Of a stretch of DNA of 64,000 nucleotides, positions 1-12,215 are shown piece by piece. The translations under genes were made by a program, and so were the position numbers. Each line of letters opens with the position of its first letter. Within the stretch, counting starts at the first letter, position 1. The notes beneath the pieces are model-generated. The model saw only the letters and a list, made by a program, of their open reading frames with translations, had not been told where the DNA came from and ran no database searches. This DNA is from a plasmid. The stretch is taken from sequence record NZ_CP088986.1; one strand, 5' to 3'.

Positions 1-858
1 GTGACTGATCTTCACCAAACGTATTACCGCCAGGTAAAGAACCCGAATCCGGTGTTTACACCCCGTGAAGGTGCAGGAACGCTGAAGTTCTGCGAAAAAC
101 TGATGGAAAAGGCGGTGGGCTTCACTTCCCGTTTTGATTTCGCCATTCATGTGGCGCATGCCCGTTCGCGTGGTCTGCGTCGACGCATGCCACCAGTGCT
201 GCGTCGACGGGCTATTGATGCGCTCCTGCAGGGGCTGTGTTTCCACTATGACCCGCTGGCCAACCGCGTCCAGTGCTCCATCACCACGCTGGCCATTGAG
301 TGCGGACTGGCGACGGAGTCTGCTGCCGGAAAACTCTCCATCACCCGTGCCACCCGGGCCCTGACGTTCCTGTCAGAGCTGGGACTGATTACCTACCAGA
401 CGGAATATGACCCGCTTATCGGGTGCTACATTCCGACCGATATCACGTTCACATCTGCACTGTTTGCTGCCCTCGATGTATCAGAGGAGGCAGTGGCCGC
501 CGCGCGCCGCAGCCGTGTGGTATGGGAAAACAAACAACGCAAAAAGCAGGGGCTGGATACCCTGGGCATGGATGAACTGATAGCGAAAGCCTGGCGTTTT
601 GTTCGTGAGCGTTTTCGCAGTTATCAGACAGAGCTTAAGTCCCGGGGAATAAAGCGTGCCCGTGCGCGTCGTGATGCGGACAGGGAACGTCAGGATATTG
701 TCACCCTGGTGAAACGGCAGCTGACGCGCGAAATCGCGGAAGGGCGCTTCACTGCCAATCGTGAGGCGGTAAAACGCGAAGTTGAGCGTCGTGTGAAGGA
801 GCGCATGATTCTGTCACGTAACCGTAATTACAGCCGGCTGGCCACAGCTTCCCCCTGA
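1..858 (+). CDS. repA: IncFII RepA1 replication initiator (285 aa, GTG start at window pos 1)
   Basis: Full-length ORF; translation recognisably R100/NR1-type RepA1; ori-like region with DnaA box follows. Confidence 0.85.
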   Translation: MTDLHQTYYRQVKNPNPVFTPREGAGTLKFCEKLMEKAVGFTSRFDFAIHVAHARSRGLRRRMPPVLRRRAIDALLQGLCFHYDPLANRVQCSITTLAIECGLATESAAGKLSITRATRALTFLSELGLITYQTEYDPLIGCYIPTDITFTSALFAALDVSEEAVAAARRSRVVWENKQRKKQGLDTLGMDELIAKAWRFVRERFRSYQTELKSRGIKRARARRDADRERQDIVTLVKRQLTREIAEGRFTANREAVKREVERRVKERMILSRNRNYSRLATASP

Positions 859-999
859 AAGTGACCTCCTCTGAATAATCCGGCCTGCGCCGGAGGCTTC
901 CGCACGTCTGAAGCCCGACAGCGCACAAAAAATCAGCACCACATACAAAAAACAACCTCATCATCCAGCTTCTGGTGCATCCGGCCCCCCCTGTTTTCG

Positions 1000-1300
1000 A
1001 TACAAAACACGCCTCACAGACGGGGAATTTTGCTTATCCACATTTAACTGCAAGGGACTTCCCCATAAGGTTACAACCGTTCATGTCATAAAGCGCCAGC
1101 CGCCAGTCTTACAGGGTGCAATGTATCTTTTAAACACCTGTTTATATCTCCTTTAAACTACTTAATTACATTCATTTAAAAAGAAAACCTATTCACTGCC
1201 TGTCCTGTGGACAGACAGATATGCACCTCCCACCGCAAGCGGCGGGCCCCGACCGGAGCCACTTTAGTTACAACACACAAAAACAACCTCCAGAAAAACC
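1000..1300 (+). other. putative oriR region of IncFII replicon (DnaA box TTATCCACA at 1035-1043)
   Basis: Position immediately downstream of repA1; DnaA box motif read in sequence; boundaries approximate. Confidence 0.4.
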
Positions 1301-1796
1301 CCGGTCCAGCGCAGAACCGAAACCACAAAGCCCCTCCCTCATAACTGAAAAGCGGCCCCGCCCCGGCCCAAAGGGCCGGAACAGAGTCGCTTTTAATTAT
1401 GAATGTTGTAACTACATCTTCATCGCTGTCAGTCTTCTCGCTGGAAGTTCTCAGTACACGCTCGTAAGCGGCCCTCACGGCCCGCTAACGCGGAGATACG
1501 CCCCGACTTCGGGTAAACCCTCGTCGGGACCACTCCGACCGCGCACAGAAGCTCTCTCATGGCTGAAAGCGGGTATGGTCTGGCAGGGCTGGGGATGGGT
1601 AAGGTGAAATCTATCAATCAGTACCGGCTTACGCCGGGCTTCGGCGGTTTTACTCCTGTATCATATGAAACAACAGAGTGCCGCCTTCCATGCCGCTGAT
1701 GCGGCATATCCTGGTAACGATATCTGAATTGTTATACATGTGTATATACGTGGTAATGACAAAAATAGGACAAGTTAAAAATTTACAGGCGATGCA

Positions 1797-2450
1797 ATGA
1801 TTCAAACACGTAATCAATATCTGCAGTTTATGCTGGTTATGCTGGCTGCATGGGGCATTAGTTGGGGAGCCAGATTTGTCATGGAGCAGGCCGTTCTGCT
1901 TTATGGATCAGGAAAAAACTATTTGTTCTTCAGTCATGGTACTGTTCTGATGTACCTGCTGTGTGTTTTCCTGGTATACCGCCGTTGGATAGCTCCGCTA
2001 CCGGTCGTTGGTCAGCTGCGCAACGTTGGCGTACCGTGGCTGGTCGGTGCGATGGCCGTGGTGTATGTCGGTGTATTTCTGCTCGGTAAGGCGCTGGCTC
2101 TGCCTGCTGAGCCATTTATGACGAAACTTTTTGCCGATAAGTCCATACCTGACGTGATCCTGACGTTGCTGACCATCTTTATCCTTGCCCCGTTGAATGA
2201 GGAAACGCTGTTCCGGGGGATTATGCTGAACGTCTTCCGTTCACGGTACTGCTGGACGATGTGGCTGGGGGCGCTGATAACGTCGTTGTTGTTCGTCGCC
2301 GCGCACAGCCAGTATCAGAACCTGCTGACACTGGCAGAACTGTTCCTGGTGGGGTTGATTACATCAGTGGCCAGGATCAGAAGTGGTGGCCTGCTGCTGC
2401 CGGTATTGCTGCATATGGAAGCAACCACGCTGGGTTTACTGTTTGGTTGA
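1797..2450 (+). CDS. CPBP-family (CAAX/Abi) intramembrane metalloprotease, 217 aa; occupies the position of R100 tir
   Basis: Multi-TM ORF with EExxxR (NEETLFRG), FxxxH (FVAAHS) and H (HMEATT) motifs typical of CPBP proteases. Confidence 0.7.
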   Translation: MIQTRNQYLQFMLVMLAAWGISWGARFVMEQAVLLYGSGKNYLFFSHGTVLMYLLCVFLVYRRWIAPLPVVGQLRNVGVPWLVGAMAVVYVGVFLLGKALALPAEPFMTKLFADKSIPDVILTLLTIFILAPLNEETLFRGIMLNVFRSRYCWTMWLGALITSLLFVAAHSQYQNLLTLAELFLVGLITSVARIRSGGLLLPVLLHMEATTLGLLFG

Positions 2451-2542
2451 AAGTTATATTTTTATTAAACATTGTGCGTTAAAGCCTGGTGTGTTTTTTT
2501 AGTGGATGTTATATTTAAATATAACTTTTATGGAGGTGAAGA

Positions 2543-2800
2543 ATGCATACCACCCGACTGAAGAGGGTTGGCGGCTCAGTTATGCTGACCGTCCCACCGG
2601 CACTGCTGAATGCGCTGTCTCTGGGCACAGATAATGAAGTTGGCATGGTCATTGATAATGGCCGGCTGATTGTTGAGCCGTACAGACGCCCGCAATATTC
2701 ACTGGCTGAGCTACTGGCACAGTGTGATCCGAATGCTGAAATATCAGCTGAAGAACGAGAATGGCTGGATGCACCGGCGACTGGTCAGGAGGAAATCTGA
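2543..2800 (+). CDS. pemI: PemI/MazE-family antitoxin
   Basis: 85-aa ORF matching R100 PemI; immediately precedes pemK. Confidence 0.9.
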   Translation: MHTTRLKRVGGSVMLTVPPALLNALSLGTDNEVGMVIDNGRLIVEPYRRPQYSLAELLAQCDPNAEISAEEREWLDAPATGQEEI

Positions 2801-2801
2801 C

Positions 2802-3134
2802 ATGGAAAGAGGGGAAATCTGGCTTGTCTCGCTTGATCCTACCGCAGGTCATGAGCAGCAGGGAACGCGGCCGGTGCTGATTGTCACACCGGCGGCCTTT
2901 AATCGCGTGACCCGCCTGCCTGTTGTTGTGCCCGTAACCAGCGGAGGCAATTTTGCCCGCACTGCCGGCTTTGCGGTGTCGTTGGATGGTGTTGGCATAC
3001 GTACCACAGGTGTTGTACGTTGCGATCAACCCCGGACAATTGATATGAAAGCACGGGGCGGAAAACGACTCGAACGGGTTCCGGAGACTATCATGAACGA
3101 AGTTCTTGGCCGCCTGTCCACTATTCTGACTTGA
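2802..3134 (+). CDS. pemK: PemK/Kid (MazF-family) endoribonuclease toxin
   Basis: 110-aa ORF MERGEIWLVSLDPTAGHEQ... matching PemK/Kid; start overlaps pemI stop. Confidence 0.9.
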   Translation: MERGEIWLVSLDPTAGHEQQGTRPVLIVTPAAFNRVTRLPVVVPVTSGGNFARTAGFAVSLDGVGIRTTGVVRCDQPRTIDMKARGGKRLERVPETIMNEVLGRLSTILT

Positions 3135-3327
3135 ACATGGGGTTTGAGGGGCAACTGGATGAAAACGTACGATTTAGGGCACTAAAACCGCTGTTGTCCC
3201 ACCATTCTGGTGATTCCCAAACGTTATTTGGCTAAAAAGTAGTTTTGATGTGGTTTATTTTCCGAATTCCAAGCGCAGCCCTACTTTCTTGTGCGTATTT
3301 GCGTGTTTTGCGCAGTTTTGAAGTTCC

Positions 3328-3800
3328 GGTGATGCTGCCAACTTACTGATTTAGTGTATGATGGTGTTTTTGAGGTGCTCCAGTGGCTTCTGTTTCTATC
3401 AGCTGTCCCTCCTGTTCAGCTACTGACGGGGTGGTGCGTAACGGCAAAAGCACCGCCGGACATCAGCGCTATCTCTGCTCTCACTGCCGTAAAACATGGC
3501 AACTGCAGTTCACTTACACCGCTTCTCAACCCGGTACGCACCAGAAAATCATTGATATGGCCATGAATGGCGTTGGATGCCGGGCAACCGCCCGCATTAT
3601 GGGCGTTGGCCTCAACACGATTTTCCGCCATTTAAAAAACTCAGGCCGCAGTCGGTAACCTCGCGCATACAGCCGGGCAGTGACGTCATCGTCTGCGCGG
3701 AAATGGACGAACAGTGGGGATACGTCGGGGCTAAATCGCGCCAGCGCTGGCTGTTTTACGCGTATGACAGGCTCCGGAAGACGGTTGTTGCGCACGTATT
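3328..3800 (+). mobile_element. IS1 left fragment (IS1 coordinates 1-473): IRL, insA, 5' part of insB; interrupted by Tn2/Tn3 end
   Basis: IRL GGTGATGCTGCCAACTTACTGAT at 3328; IS1 sequence continues to GCGCACGTATT then switches to Tn3 IR. Confidence 0.9.
3383..3658 (+). CDS. insA: IS1 InsA
   Basis: 91-aa [25 protein letters not shown]... identical in type to IS1 InsA. Confidence 0.9.
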   Translation: MASVSISCPSCSATDGVVRNGKSTAGHQRYLCSHCRKTWQLQFTYTASQPGTHQKIIDMAMNGVGCRATARIMGVGLNTIFRHLKNSGRSR

Positions 3801-3838
3801 GGGGTCTGACGCTCAGTGGAACGAAAACTCACGTTAAG
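3801..3838 (+). repeat. 38-bp terminal inverted repeat of Tn2/Tn3 (tnpA end)
   Basis: GGGGTCTGACGCTCAGTGGAACGAAAACTCACGTTAAG read directly. Confidence 0.9.
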
Positions 3839-4392
3839 CAACGTTTTCTGCCTCTGACGCCTCTTTTAATGGTCTCAGATGTCCTTTGGTCACCAGTTCT
3901 GCCAGCGTGAAGGAATAATGGCCGAGCATATTGATATGTCCGTGGCAAAGCGGGGAGAGGCGTGCGATATCTTCATCATTCAGTGTTTCACCCTGCGCCC
4001 GGAGATGATCCAGGGCTGCCTGCATATAAATAGTGTTCCATAACACGACGGCGTTAGTGACCAGCCCCAGTGCGCCCAGTTGATCTTCCTGACCGTCGGT
4101 ATATCGTTTTCTTATCTCACCTTTTTGACCGTGACAGATGGCTCTGGCAACGGCATGGCGACTTTCTCCCCGATTAAGCTGGGTCAGAATGCGCCGGCGG
4201 TAATCTTCATCATCAATATAATTAAGCAGATACAGCGTTTTGTTGATGCGCCCCACTTCAATGATTGCCTGAGTCAGTCCGGAAGGACGTTCACTTTTCA
4301 GCAATGAACGGACCAGCACTGAAGCCTGTACTTTGCCCAGCTTCAGGGAGCCAGCGGTCCGGATCATTTCGTCCCACTGAAGGACTATTTTT
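3834..4392 (-). pseudogene. tnpA: Tn2/Tn3-family transposase TnpA, C-terminal ~186 aa only (5' end removed by IS26)
   Basis: ORF ends inside the Tn3 IR; upstream part cut at IS26 IR at 4393. Confidence 0.8.
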
Positions 4393-5212
4393 GGCACTGT
4401 TGCAAAGTTAGCGATGAGGCAGCCTTTTGTCTTATTCAAAGGCCTTACATTTCAAAAACTCTGCTTACCAGGCGCATTTCGCCCAGGGGATCACCATAAT
4501 AAAATGCTGATGCCTGGCCTTTGCGTAGTGCACGCATCACCTCAATACCTTTGATGGTGGCGTAAGCCGTCTTCATGGATTTAAATCCCAGCGTGGCGCC
4601 GATTATCCGTTTCAGTTTGCCATGATCGCATTCAATCACGTTGTTCCGGTACTTAATCTGTCGGTGTTCAACGTCAGACGGGCACCGGCCTTCGCGTTTG
4701 AGCAGAGCAAGCGCGCGACCATAGGCGGGCGCTTTATCCGTGTTGATGAATCGCGGGATCTGCCACTTCTTCACGTTGTTGAGGATTTTACCCAGAAACC
4801 GGTATGCAGCTTTGCTGTTACGACGGGAGGAGAGATAAAAATCGACAGTGCGGCCCCGGCTGTCGACGGCCCGGTACAGATACGCCCAGCGGCCATTGAC
4901 CTTCACGTAGGTTTCATCCATGTGCCACGGGCAAAGATCGGAAGGGTTACGCCAGTACCAGCGCAGCCGTTTTTCCATTTCAGGCGCATAACGCTGAACC
5001 CAGCGGTAAATCGTGGAGTGATCGACATTCACTCCGCGTTCAGCCAGCATCTCCTGCAGCTCACGGTAACTGATGCCGTATTTGCAGTACCAGCGTACGG
5101 CCCACAGAATGATGTCACGCTGAAAATGCCGGCCTTTGAATGGGTTCATGTGCAGCTCCATCAGCAAAAGGGGATGATAAGTTTATCACCACCGACTATT
5201 TGCAACAGTGCC
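4393..5212 (-). mobile_element. IS26 copy 1 (820 bp)
   Basis: 14-bp IRs GGCACTGTTGCAAA at 4393 and its complement ending 5212; no matching 8-bp flanks. Confidence 0.95.
4445..5149 (-). CDS. tnpA: IS26 transposase Tnp26 (234 aa)
   Basis: MNPFKGRHFQRDIILWAVRWYCKYGISYRELQEM... Confidence 0.95.
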   Translation of the reverse strand: MNPFKGRHFQRDIILWAVRWYCKYGISYRELQEMLAERGVNVDHSTIYRWVQRYAPEMEKRLRWYWRNPSDLCPWHMDETYVKVNGRWAYLYRAVDSRGRTVDFYLSSRRNSKAAYRFLGKILNNVKKWQIPRFINTDKAPAYGRALALLKREGRCPSDVEHRQIKYRNNVIECDHGKLKRIIGATLGFKSMKTAYATIKGIEVMRALRKGQASAFYYGDPLGEMRLVSRVFEM

Positions 5213-5474
5213 CGTAAGGTTGTGCCGGTGTGGGTGTCCCGGGTCGAGACGATACTCCGCCAATGCGCCCAGCAAACAACCTGGCCATCGCAGGTGGTGG
5301 GGAGCGGTGTGGCGGATGAGTTGGACAAGTTGGTGTAGCAGCACGAGCACGGCGAGATAACATCGCAGGAGTTCGACATGCTCAAGAGACAGCTGATTGC
5401 GAATCGCGATGCAGATTCATAACCCGATTGCGGGTTGGCTTCACTCCACCATCACCGAGCAGACTAGCACGGCG
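5213..5474 (-). other. 262-bp remnant of the mphR(A)-IS6100 spacer (inverted copy of 23234-23495)
   Basis: Reverse-complement identity to sequence flanking IS6100 copy 2; truncated by IS26. Confidence 0.8.
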
Positions 5475-6354
5475 GGCTCTGTTGCAAAGATTGGCGGCAG
5501 TCAGAGGTAGGCTGTCGCTCTGCGCCGATCAGGCGGCTGCTGCGAAATGGTGGTTGAGCATGCCCATGGCCTCCGTCAGCGCCGAGGGCCCAATGCCAAA
5601 AGCTCTCTCCACAAGGCGCACCTCGCCCCTGATGCCGGGCTGCAGGCACCAGGGGCGAGCCTGTCCTTTGCGCAGGGCTCGCATGACTTCGAATCCCTTG
5701 ATCGTGGCATAGGCCGTGGGGATCGATTTGAAACCGCGCACCGGCTTGATCAGTATCTTGAGCTTTCCGTGATCGGCCTCGATCACGTTATTGAGATACT
5801 TCACCTGCCGGTGGGCCGTCTCCCGGTCCAGCTTTCCTTCGCGCTTCAATTCGGTGATCGCTGCACCATAGCTCGGCGCTTTGTCGGTATTGAGCGTGGC
5901 AGGCTTTTCCCAGTGCTTCAGGCCTCGCAGGGCCTTGCCCAGGAACCGCTTCGCTGCCTTGGCGCTGCGGGTCGGCGACAGGTAGAAATCGATCGTGTCG
6001 CCCCGCTTGTCGACTGCCCGGTACAGGTAGGTCCACTTGCCCCGCACCTTGACGTAGGTTTCATCCAGGCGCCAGCTCGGATCAAAGCCACGCCGCCAGA
6101 ACCAGCGCAGCCGCTTCTCCATCTCCGGGGCGTAGCACTGGACCCAGCGATAGATCGTCGTATGGTCGACCGAAATGCCGCGTTCCGCCAGCATTTCCTC
6201 AAGGTCGCGATAGCTGATCGGATAGCGACAATACCAGCGCACCGCCCACAGGATCACATCACCCTGGAAATGGCGCCACTTGAAATCCGTCATCGTTCCG
6301 TCCGTCCAATCTCCGCCAAGCATGCTCAAGCTTCACGATTTTTGCAACAGAGCC
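5475..6354 (-). mobile_element. IS6100 copy 1 (880 bp, IS6 family)
   Basis: IRs GGCTCTGTTGCAAA at both ends; inserted into chrA. Confidence 0.9.
5529..6293 (-). CDS. tnpA: IS6100 transposase (254 aa)
   Basis: MTDFKWRHFQGDVILWAVRWYCRYPISYRDLEEM... Confidence 0.9.
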   Translation of the reverse strand: MTDFKWRHFQGDVILWAVRWYCRYPISYRDLEEMLAERGISVDHTTIYRWVQCYAPEMEKRLRWFWRRGFDPSWRLDETYVKVRGKWTYLYRAVDKRGDTIDFYLSPTRSAKAAKRFLGKALRGLKHWEKPATLNTDKAPSYGAAITELKREGKLDRETAHRQVKYLNNVIEADHGKLKILIKPVRGFKSIPTAYATIKGFEVMRALRKGQARPWCLQPGIRGEVRLVERAFGIGPSALTEAMGMLNHHFAAAA

Positions 6355-6580
6355 GTCCTACCGCTATGCCGACCTGGCTGCTTGCAGGCCCTGGCAAGAA
6401 CTGACAAAGCGCGACCAAGTCAGCATAGCTCCGTTCGGAGAGCCAGCGCCGCCGTGTGACAAATTCGGCGCGGAAGTAGCCCAAGTGCGCAATGGGGCCG
6501 CCAAAAGATGTCAATCCAAGCCGCAGAAAAATAAGAAAGACCGACCATGGTCTGCTGTCATCGGTAGGGTTATTCGTCAT
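6355..6580 (-). pseudogene. chrA: chromate transporter ChrA, 5' 226 bp only (interrupted by IS6100)
   Basis: Reverse-complement identity to start of intact chrA at 20667. Confidence 0.85.
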
Positions 6581-6735
6581 ACTTTCGCCTTCATGATCTG
6601 CAACGAGTTGATCAATAATAAGCGAAATTCGATAACGAAATTCGATATAAATCTAGAAAAAAATACCTCTATGTGTACTACGCAGTTTTAGCTGTGGCTT
6701 TCACAGGAGCACGCTTACTTACGGCTTAGCGTGCT

Positions 6736-6939
6736 TTATTTTCCGTTTTCTGAGGCGATCCCTAGGAGCTCGGATCTCAGGACGAAGGTCTCCGCGAATG
6801 TCCGGTCGATCCGCGCGACGTCCCAGGCGGGCGTTCCCTTGGCGGACATCCACGCCGCAGCGTCGTGCATCAGCCGCACAACCTCGTCGATATCACCCGA
6901 GCAGGCGACCCGAACGTTCGGAGGCTCCTCGCTGTCCAT
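6736..6939 (-). pseudogene. Δorf5 (GNAT acetyltransferase fragment of class 1 integron 3'-CS)
   Basis: 67-aa ORF identical to copy at 20308-20511. Confidence 0.7.
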
Positions 6940-7066
6940 TCGCTCCCCTGGCGCGGTATGAACCGCCGCCTCATAGTGCAGTTTGATCCTGACGAGCCCA
7001 GCATGTCTGCGCCCACCTTCGCGGAACCTGACCAGGGTCCGCTAGCGGGCGGCCGGAAGGTGAATG

Positions 7067-7906
7067 CTAGGCATGATCTAACCCTCGGTCTCTGGCGTCG
7101 CGACTGCGAAATTTCGCGAGGGTTTCCGAGAAGGTGATTGCGCTTCGCAGATCTCCAGGCGCGTGGGTGCGGACGTAGTCAGCGCCATTGCCGATCGCGT
7201 GAAGTTCCGCCGCAAGGCTCGCTGGACCCAGATCCTTTACAGGAAGGCCAACGGTGGCGCCCAAGAAGGATTTCCGCGACACCGAGACCAATAGCGGAAG
7301 CCCCAACGCCGACTTCAGCTTTTGAAGGTTCGACAGCACGTGCAGCGATGTTTCCGGTGCGGGGCTCAAGAAAAATCCCATCCCCGGATCGAGGATGAGC
7401 CGGTCGGCAGCGACCCCGCTCCGTCGCAAGGCGGAAACCCGCGCCTCGAAGAACCGCACAATCTCGTCGAGCGCGTCTTCGGGTCGAAGGTGACCGGTGC
7501 GGGTGGCGATGCCATCCCGCTGCGCTGAGTGCATAACCACCAGCCTGCAGTCCGCCTCAGCAATATCGGGATAGAGCGCAGGGTCAGGAAATCCTTGGAT
7601 ATCGTTCAGGTAGCCCACGCCGCGCTTGAGCGCATAGCGCTGGGTTTCCGGTTGGAAGCTGTCGATTGAAACACGGTGCATCTGATCGGACAGGGCGTCT
7701 AAGAGCGGCGCAATACGTCTGATCTCATCGGCCGGCGATACAGGCCTCGCGTCCGGATGGCTGGCGGCCGGTCCGACATCCACGACGTCTGATCCGACTC
7801 GCAGCATTTCGATCGCCGCGGTGACAGCGCCGGCGGGGTCTAGCCGCCGGCTCTCATCGAAGAAGGAGTCCTCGGTGAGATTCAGAATGCCGAACACCGT
7901 CACCAT
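7067..7906 (-). CDS. sul1: sulfonamide-resistant dihydropteroate synthase Sul1 (279 aa)
   Basis: [28 protein letters not shown]... full length; copy 1 of 2. Confidence 0.95.
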   Translation of the reverse strand: MVTVFGILNLTEDSFFDESRRLDPAGAVTAAIEMLRVGSDVVDVGPAASHPDARPVSPADEIRRIAPLLDALSDQMHRVSIDSFQPETQRYALKRGVGYLNDIQGFPDPALYPDIAEADCRLVVMHSAQRDGIATRTGHLRPEDALDEIVRFFEARVSALRRSGVAADRLILDPGMGFFLSPAPETSLHVLSNLQKLKSALGLPLLVSVSRKSFLGATVGLPVKDLGPASLAAELHAIGNGADYVRTHAPGDLRSAITFSETLAKFRSRDARDRGLDHA

Positions 7907-8176
7907 GGCGTCGGCCTCCGCAGCGACTTCCACGATGGGGATCGGGCGAGCAAAAAGGCAGCAATTATGAGCCCCATACCTACAAAGCCCCACGCATCAA
8001 GCTTTTGCCCATGAAGCAACCAGGCAATGGCTGTAATTATGACGACGCCGAGTCCCGACCAGACTGCATAAGCAACACCGACAGGGATGGATTTCAGAAC
8101 CAGAGAAAGAAAATAAAATGCGATGCCATAACCGATTATGACAACGGCGGAAGGGGCAAGCTTAGTAAAGCCCTCG
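7900..8176 (-). pseudogene. qacEdelta1: qacEΔ1 lacking its 5' end (3'-CS copy 2 of the complex integron)
   Basis: Identity to 19071-19347 ends at 8176/8177; reading frame continues from non-qac sequence. Confidence 0.8.
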
Positions 8177-8493
8177 GTGCGGCGGACATTATCCGCGAAC
8201 AGGCTGAACAGCACGGCATTGCGCGGGTAACGGATGTCTGGCTGGAAGTCGGCGCACTGGCGGATGTTGAGGAGAGTGCACTGCATTTCTGTTTTGATAT
8301 CGCCTGCCGTGATACCGTGGCGCAGGGCTGCACACTGCATATTGATGTTATCCCGGCACAGGCATGGTGCTGGGATTGCAGCCGTGAGGCCGAAATCATG
8401 CAGCACGCCGGATGCTGTCCGCACTGCGGCAGTGAACGGCTGCGCATCAGTGAAGGTGATGATTTGCGGGTAAAAAGCCTGGAAGGTGAGTGA
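8177..8493 (+). pseudogene. hybF: hydrogenase maturation factor HybF/HypA, N-terminally truncated (Morganella-derived remnant)
   Basis: ...[43 protein letters not shown]...CPHCGSERL metal-binding CxxC pairs; lacks first ~15 aa. Confidence 0.65.
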
Positions 8494-8496
8494 GTT

Positions 8497-9372
8497 TTAC
8501 GCCGCCGCCGTATTCAGCAGCCAGCGGGCGAATTGCTGCATGGCCGGGGTTTCCGTACGGGACTGTAACCGCGTCAGCCAGTAGCCGCCGAGGGTGATTT
8601 CTGCGGCAAACGGCTGTACCAGTGCGCCTGACTGTAACAGGCGGCTGAACATACATACCGGTGCGATCGCTACCCCGGCACCCAGTTGTGCCGCCTCGGC
8701 CATGGCCAGTGAGGTATCGAACACCATTACCGGCTGTGACGGGGAAGGCGGTGTGCCGCCCGCACAATCCAGCCAGCGGCTCCATTCATCCCGGCGGAAT
8801 GAGCGCAGCAGGGTAAAGCGGTGAACATCATCCGGCTGCTGTAACTGTTCTGCAATGGCCGGTGAGCACAGCGGAGCGTGTGGTGCACTGAAAATCAGTT
8901 CCGCATCTGACTCATGCCACGCGCCGTTACCGAAACGGATCGTATAATCATGCCCTTCCGCCGCCGGGTCCACATGATTGTTATGGGTGGAGATATGCAG
9001 ATCAATATGCGGATGGCTGTCATAGAATCCGGCCAGACGCGGCAGCAGCCAGCCTGCGGCAAATGTTCCCACCGCACCGACTTTCACCCGCTCACGGAAC
9101 TGCCCGTGAGAAAAACACTCCAGAGTATCCGCAATCCGGTCAAACGCCTCATTGAGCACCGGCAGTAATCCCTCACCTTCATGGGTCAGCACCAGCCCGC
9201 GCGAGACGCGGGTAAACAGCACACAGCCGAGTTGTTCTTCCAGCGCCCTGACCTGCTGGCTGACGGCGGCATGGGTGACATTCAGCTCAATCGCCGCGCG
9301 GGTAAAACTGAGATGACGGGCGGCGGCCTCAAAGGCGCGCAGCGGGTTAAGGGGGAGATAACGTCTGACCAT
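8497..9372 (-). CDS. ampR: LysR-family AmpR regulator of ampC
   Basis: 291-aa LysR ORF divergent from blaDHA-1. Confidence 0.9.
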   Translation of the reverse strand: MVRRYLPLNPLRAFEAAARHLSFTRAAIELNVTHAAVSQQVRALEEQLGCVLFTRVSRGLVLTHEGEGLLPVLNEAFDRIADTLECFSHGQFRERVKVGAVGTFAAGWLLPRLAGFYDSHPHIDLHISTHNNHVDPAAEGHDYTIRFGNGAWHESDAELIFSAPHAPLCSPAIAEQLQQPDDVHRFTLLRSFRRDEWSRWLDCAGGTPPSPSQPVMVFDTSLAMAEAAQLGAGVAIAPVCMFSRLLQSGALVQPFAAEITLGGYWLTRLQSRTETPAMQQFARWLLNTAAA

Positions 9373-9446
9373 AATCCACCTGTAAGTTTTTCTTTAGGCT
9401 CTTGTTATAAATAACCGTTTGTTCTGTCCGGTGAATCTGACGATAA

Positions 9447-10622
<1,176 letters not shown>

Positions 10623-10816
10623 TTTTTTTCCTGAACAGGCCCCTGCGGATACGCCGGGGCCGTAATTTAAGATTATTCCTTATGCAATAATTTGCTTTAT
10701 GGGCTGTTTTATGGAGGATGAGAGTATCGGGCACTGACAGCTTCCGGCTGAACCGGATTTCACTGTGTGCTGCGGCAAACTGATGTCAGTCTCAACACAC
10801 AGAGGAAAATGTTGTC

Positions 10817-11638
10817 ATGGACGTTCTGCGTTTTATCCTCCGCTTACCTTTTATTTTGCTGCGTCTGGCGGCTCGCAGTCTTGTTTATCTCTTTACTCTG
10901 CTGGGTTTTCTGCTGCGCCCGTTCACCGGACGGATCCGCTGGGCGGTGCCGGGCTGGGTGACCTTTGCCGGTAATCAGCTTGCCCGGCTGGAGCGGGGGG
11001 GCAACCGCTATCCGAAAACCATATCTGCCTTATTATTACTGACTGCTGCGGTGGCAGCGGGCAGTTATTACACCTGGCACTGGTATCAGAACAAACCGAA
11101 GCCGGTGGATGTTGCGCCGCTGGTGGTGCAGGATATTTCCGCGTCTGTGCAGCGCCCTTCGGCGGTTAATTATAACCGTGATGATAATTCAGCGCAGATT
11201 GTGGTGGTGACATTCTCCCGCTCTGCCGCACCGGTAACGCTGATCGGTAAACCGGTCACCGCCGGTATTACCCTGACCCCCGCAATGGAAGGTGAGTGGC
11301 AGTGGCGTAATGACCGTAAGCTGGTATTCACGGCGAAAAAAACCTTCCCGATGGGGAAAACCTACACCGTCGATATGGATGCCAAAACACTGCTGGCTCC
11401 GCAGGTGGCGTTAACAGAGAAACAAAAAACCTTTACCACCCCTGAGTTTTATTATCGCGGCGGCCGGGCGGAGTTCTATCAGGATCCGCAAGATCCGATG
11501 AAAAAACACGCCATTATCGGCCTGACCTTCAATGCCCCCGCTGATGTCAAAAATCTGGAATCGCGTCTGTCTATGACCCGTGACGGCAAGCCGGTGCCGT
11601 ATACCGTCACTGTAATGAACTGTTGTCATTTATGCTGA
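10817..11638 (+). CDS. hypothetical membrane-anchored protein (Morganella orf-1); possibly the 5' fragment of an alpha-2-macroglobulin-like gene
   Basis: 273-aa ORF with N-terminal TM helix; ends abruptly (…VMNCCHLC) before ~330 bp non-coding AT-rich DNA. Confidence 0.4.
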   Translation: MDVLRFILRLPFILLRLAARSLVYLFTLLGFLLRPFTGRIRWAVPGWVTFAGNQLARLERGGNRYPKTISALLLLTAAVAAGSYYTWHWYQNKPKPVDVAPLVVQDISASVQRPSAVNYNRDDNSAQIVVVTFSRSAAPVTLIGKPVTAGITLTPAMEGEWQWRNDRKLVFTAKKTFPMGKTYTVDMDAKTLLAPQVALTEKQKTFTTPEFYYRGGRAEFYQDPQDPMKKHAIIGLTFNAPADVKNLESRLSMTRDGKPVPYTVTVMNCCHLC

Positions 11639-11972
11639 CGCCCGTGCCGGGAGGCATTGATGTCCCAACCCAGCAGCTCGGCGAACAAAGCTGTAATTTA
11701 TTATTTAGCCTGATTGCCGGTGAGAAAGGTTTACAAAATATCACCGTGGGTACACAAATATCGTTAGCCGACTCACTGGTATAAAAACTGGGGCATAACA
11801 ATGCCCCAGTGCATTTTAGAATGCGTAATTCACACCGATACCTGCATAATGGAGTCTGTCGCTTTCACCTTCATTTCTATTGGTAGCGATCCCATGACAC
11901 AAGAGACTACTCTGCCGCAAATTAACTGGGGGAATGTTGACTAAATGTTGCTTGCTTTTGTTGTTTCGGATA

Positions 11973-12215
11973 TCAGGGTTGATTACCTGAATAGCGTTTC
12001 GACAATTTTGTCGCTGCCCGGCTCAACAAAGGTTCCAATACTAACGCCAGCAACATTTTTAGCGGACGTCGGGCCACGGACTTCACCGCCCACCCTGCTA
12101 CCCCAGCCGGGCCATAGCGCAGCGCAGTCAGTAGCACCAGCTTACCTGCTATTTTAATGCCCGGCTTAACCCTTTGCCCGGCACGTTGCCAGCGATTATT
12201 CATTTCTAACCTCAC
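11973..12215 (-). CDS. pspD: phage shock protein D
   Basis: 80-aa ORF at end of pspABCD operon. Confidence 0.7.
   Translation of the reverse strand: MRLEMNNRWQRAGQRVKPGIKIAGKLVLLTALRYGPAGVAGWAVKSVARRPLKMLLALVLEPLLSRAATKLSKRYSGNQP

Noticed and set aside
134-364. 76-aa ORF nested in repA1 in another frame
   Set aside because: Overlaps a confidently identified gene and has no supporting features.
7900-8424. 174-aa ORF reading from hybF-junction DNA into qacEΔ1
   Set aside because: A fusion artefact created by the recombination junction at 8176/8177. Only the qacEΔ1-derived 3' part is homologous to a real gene and it lacks a native start.
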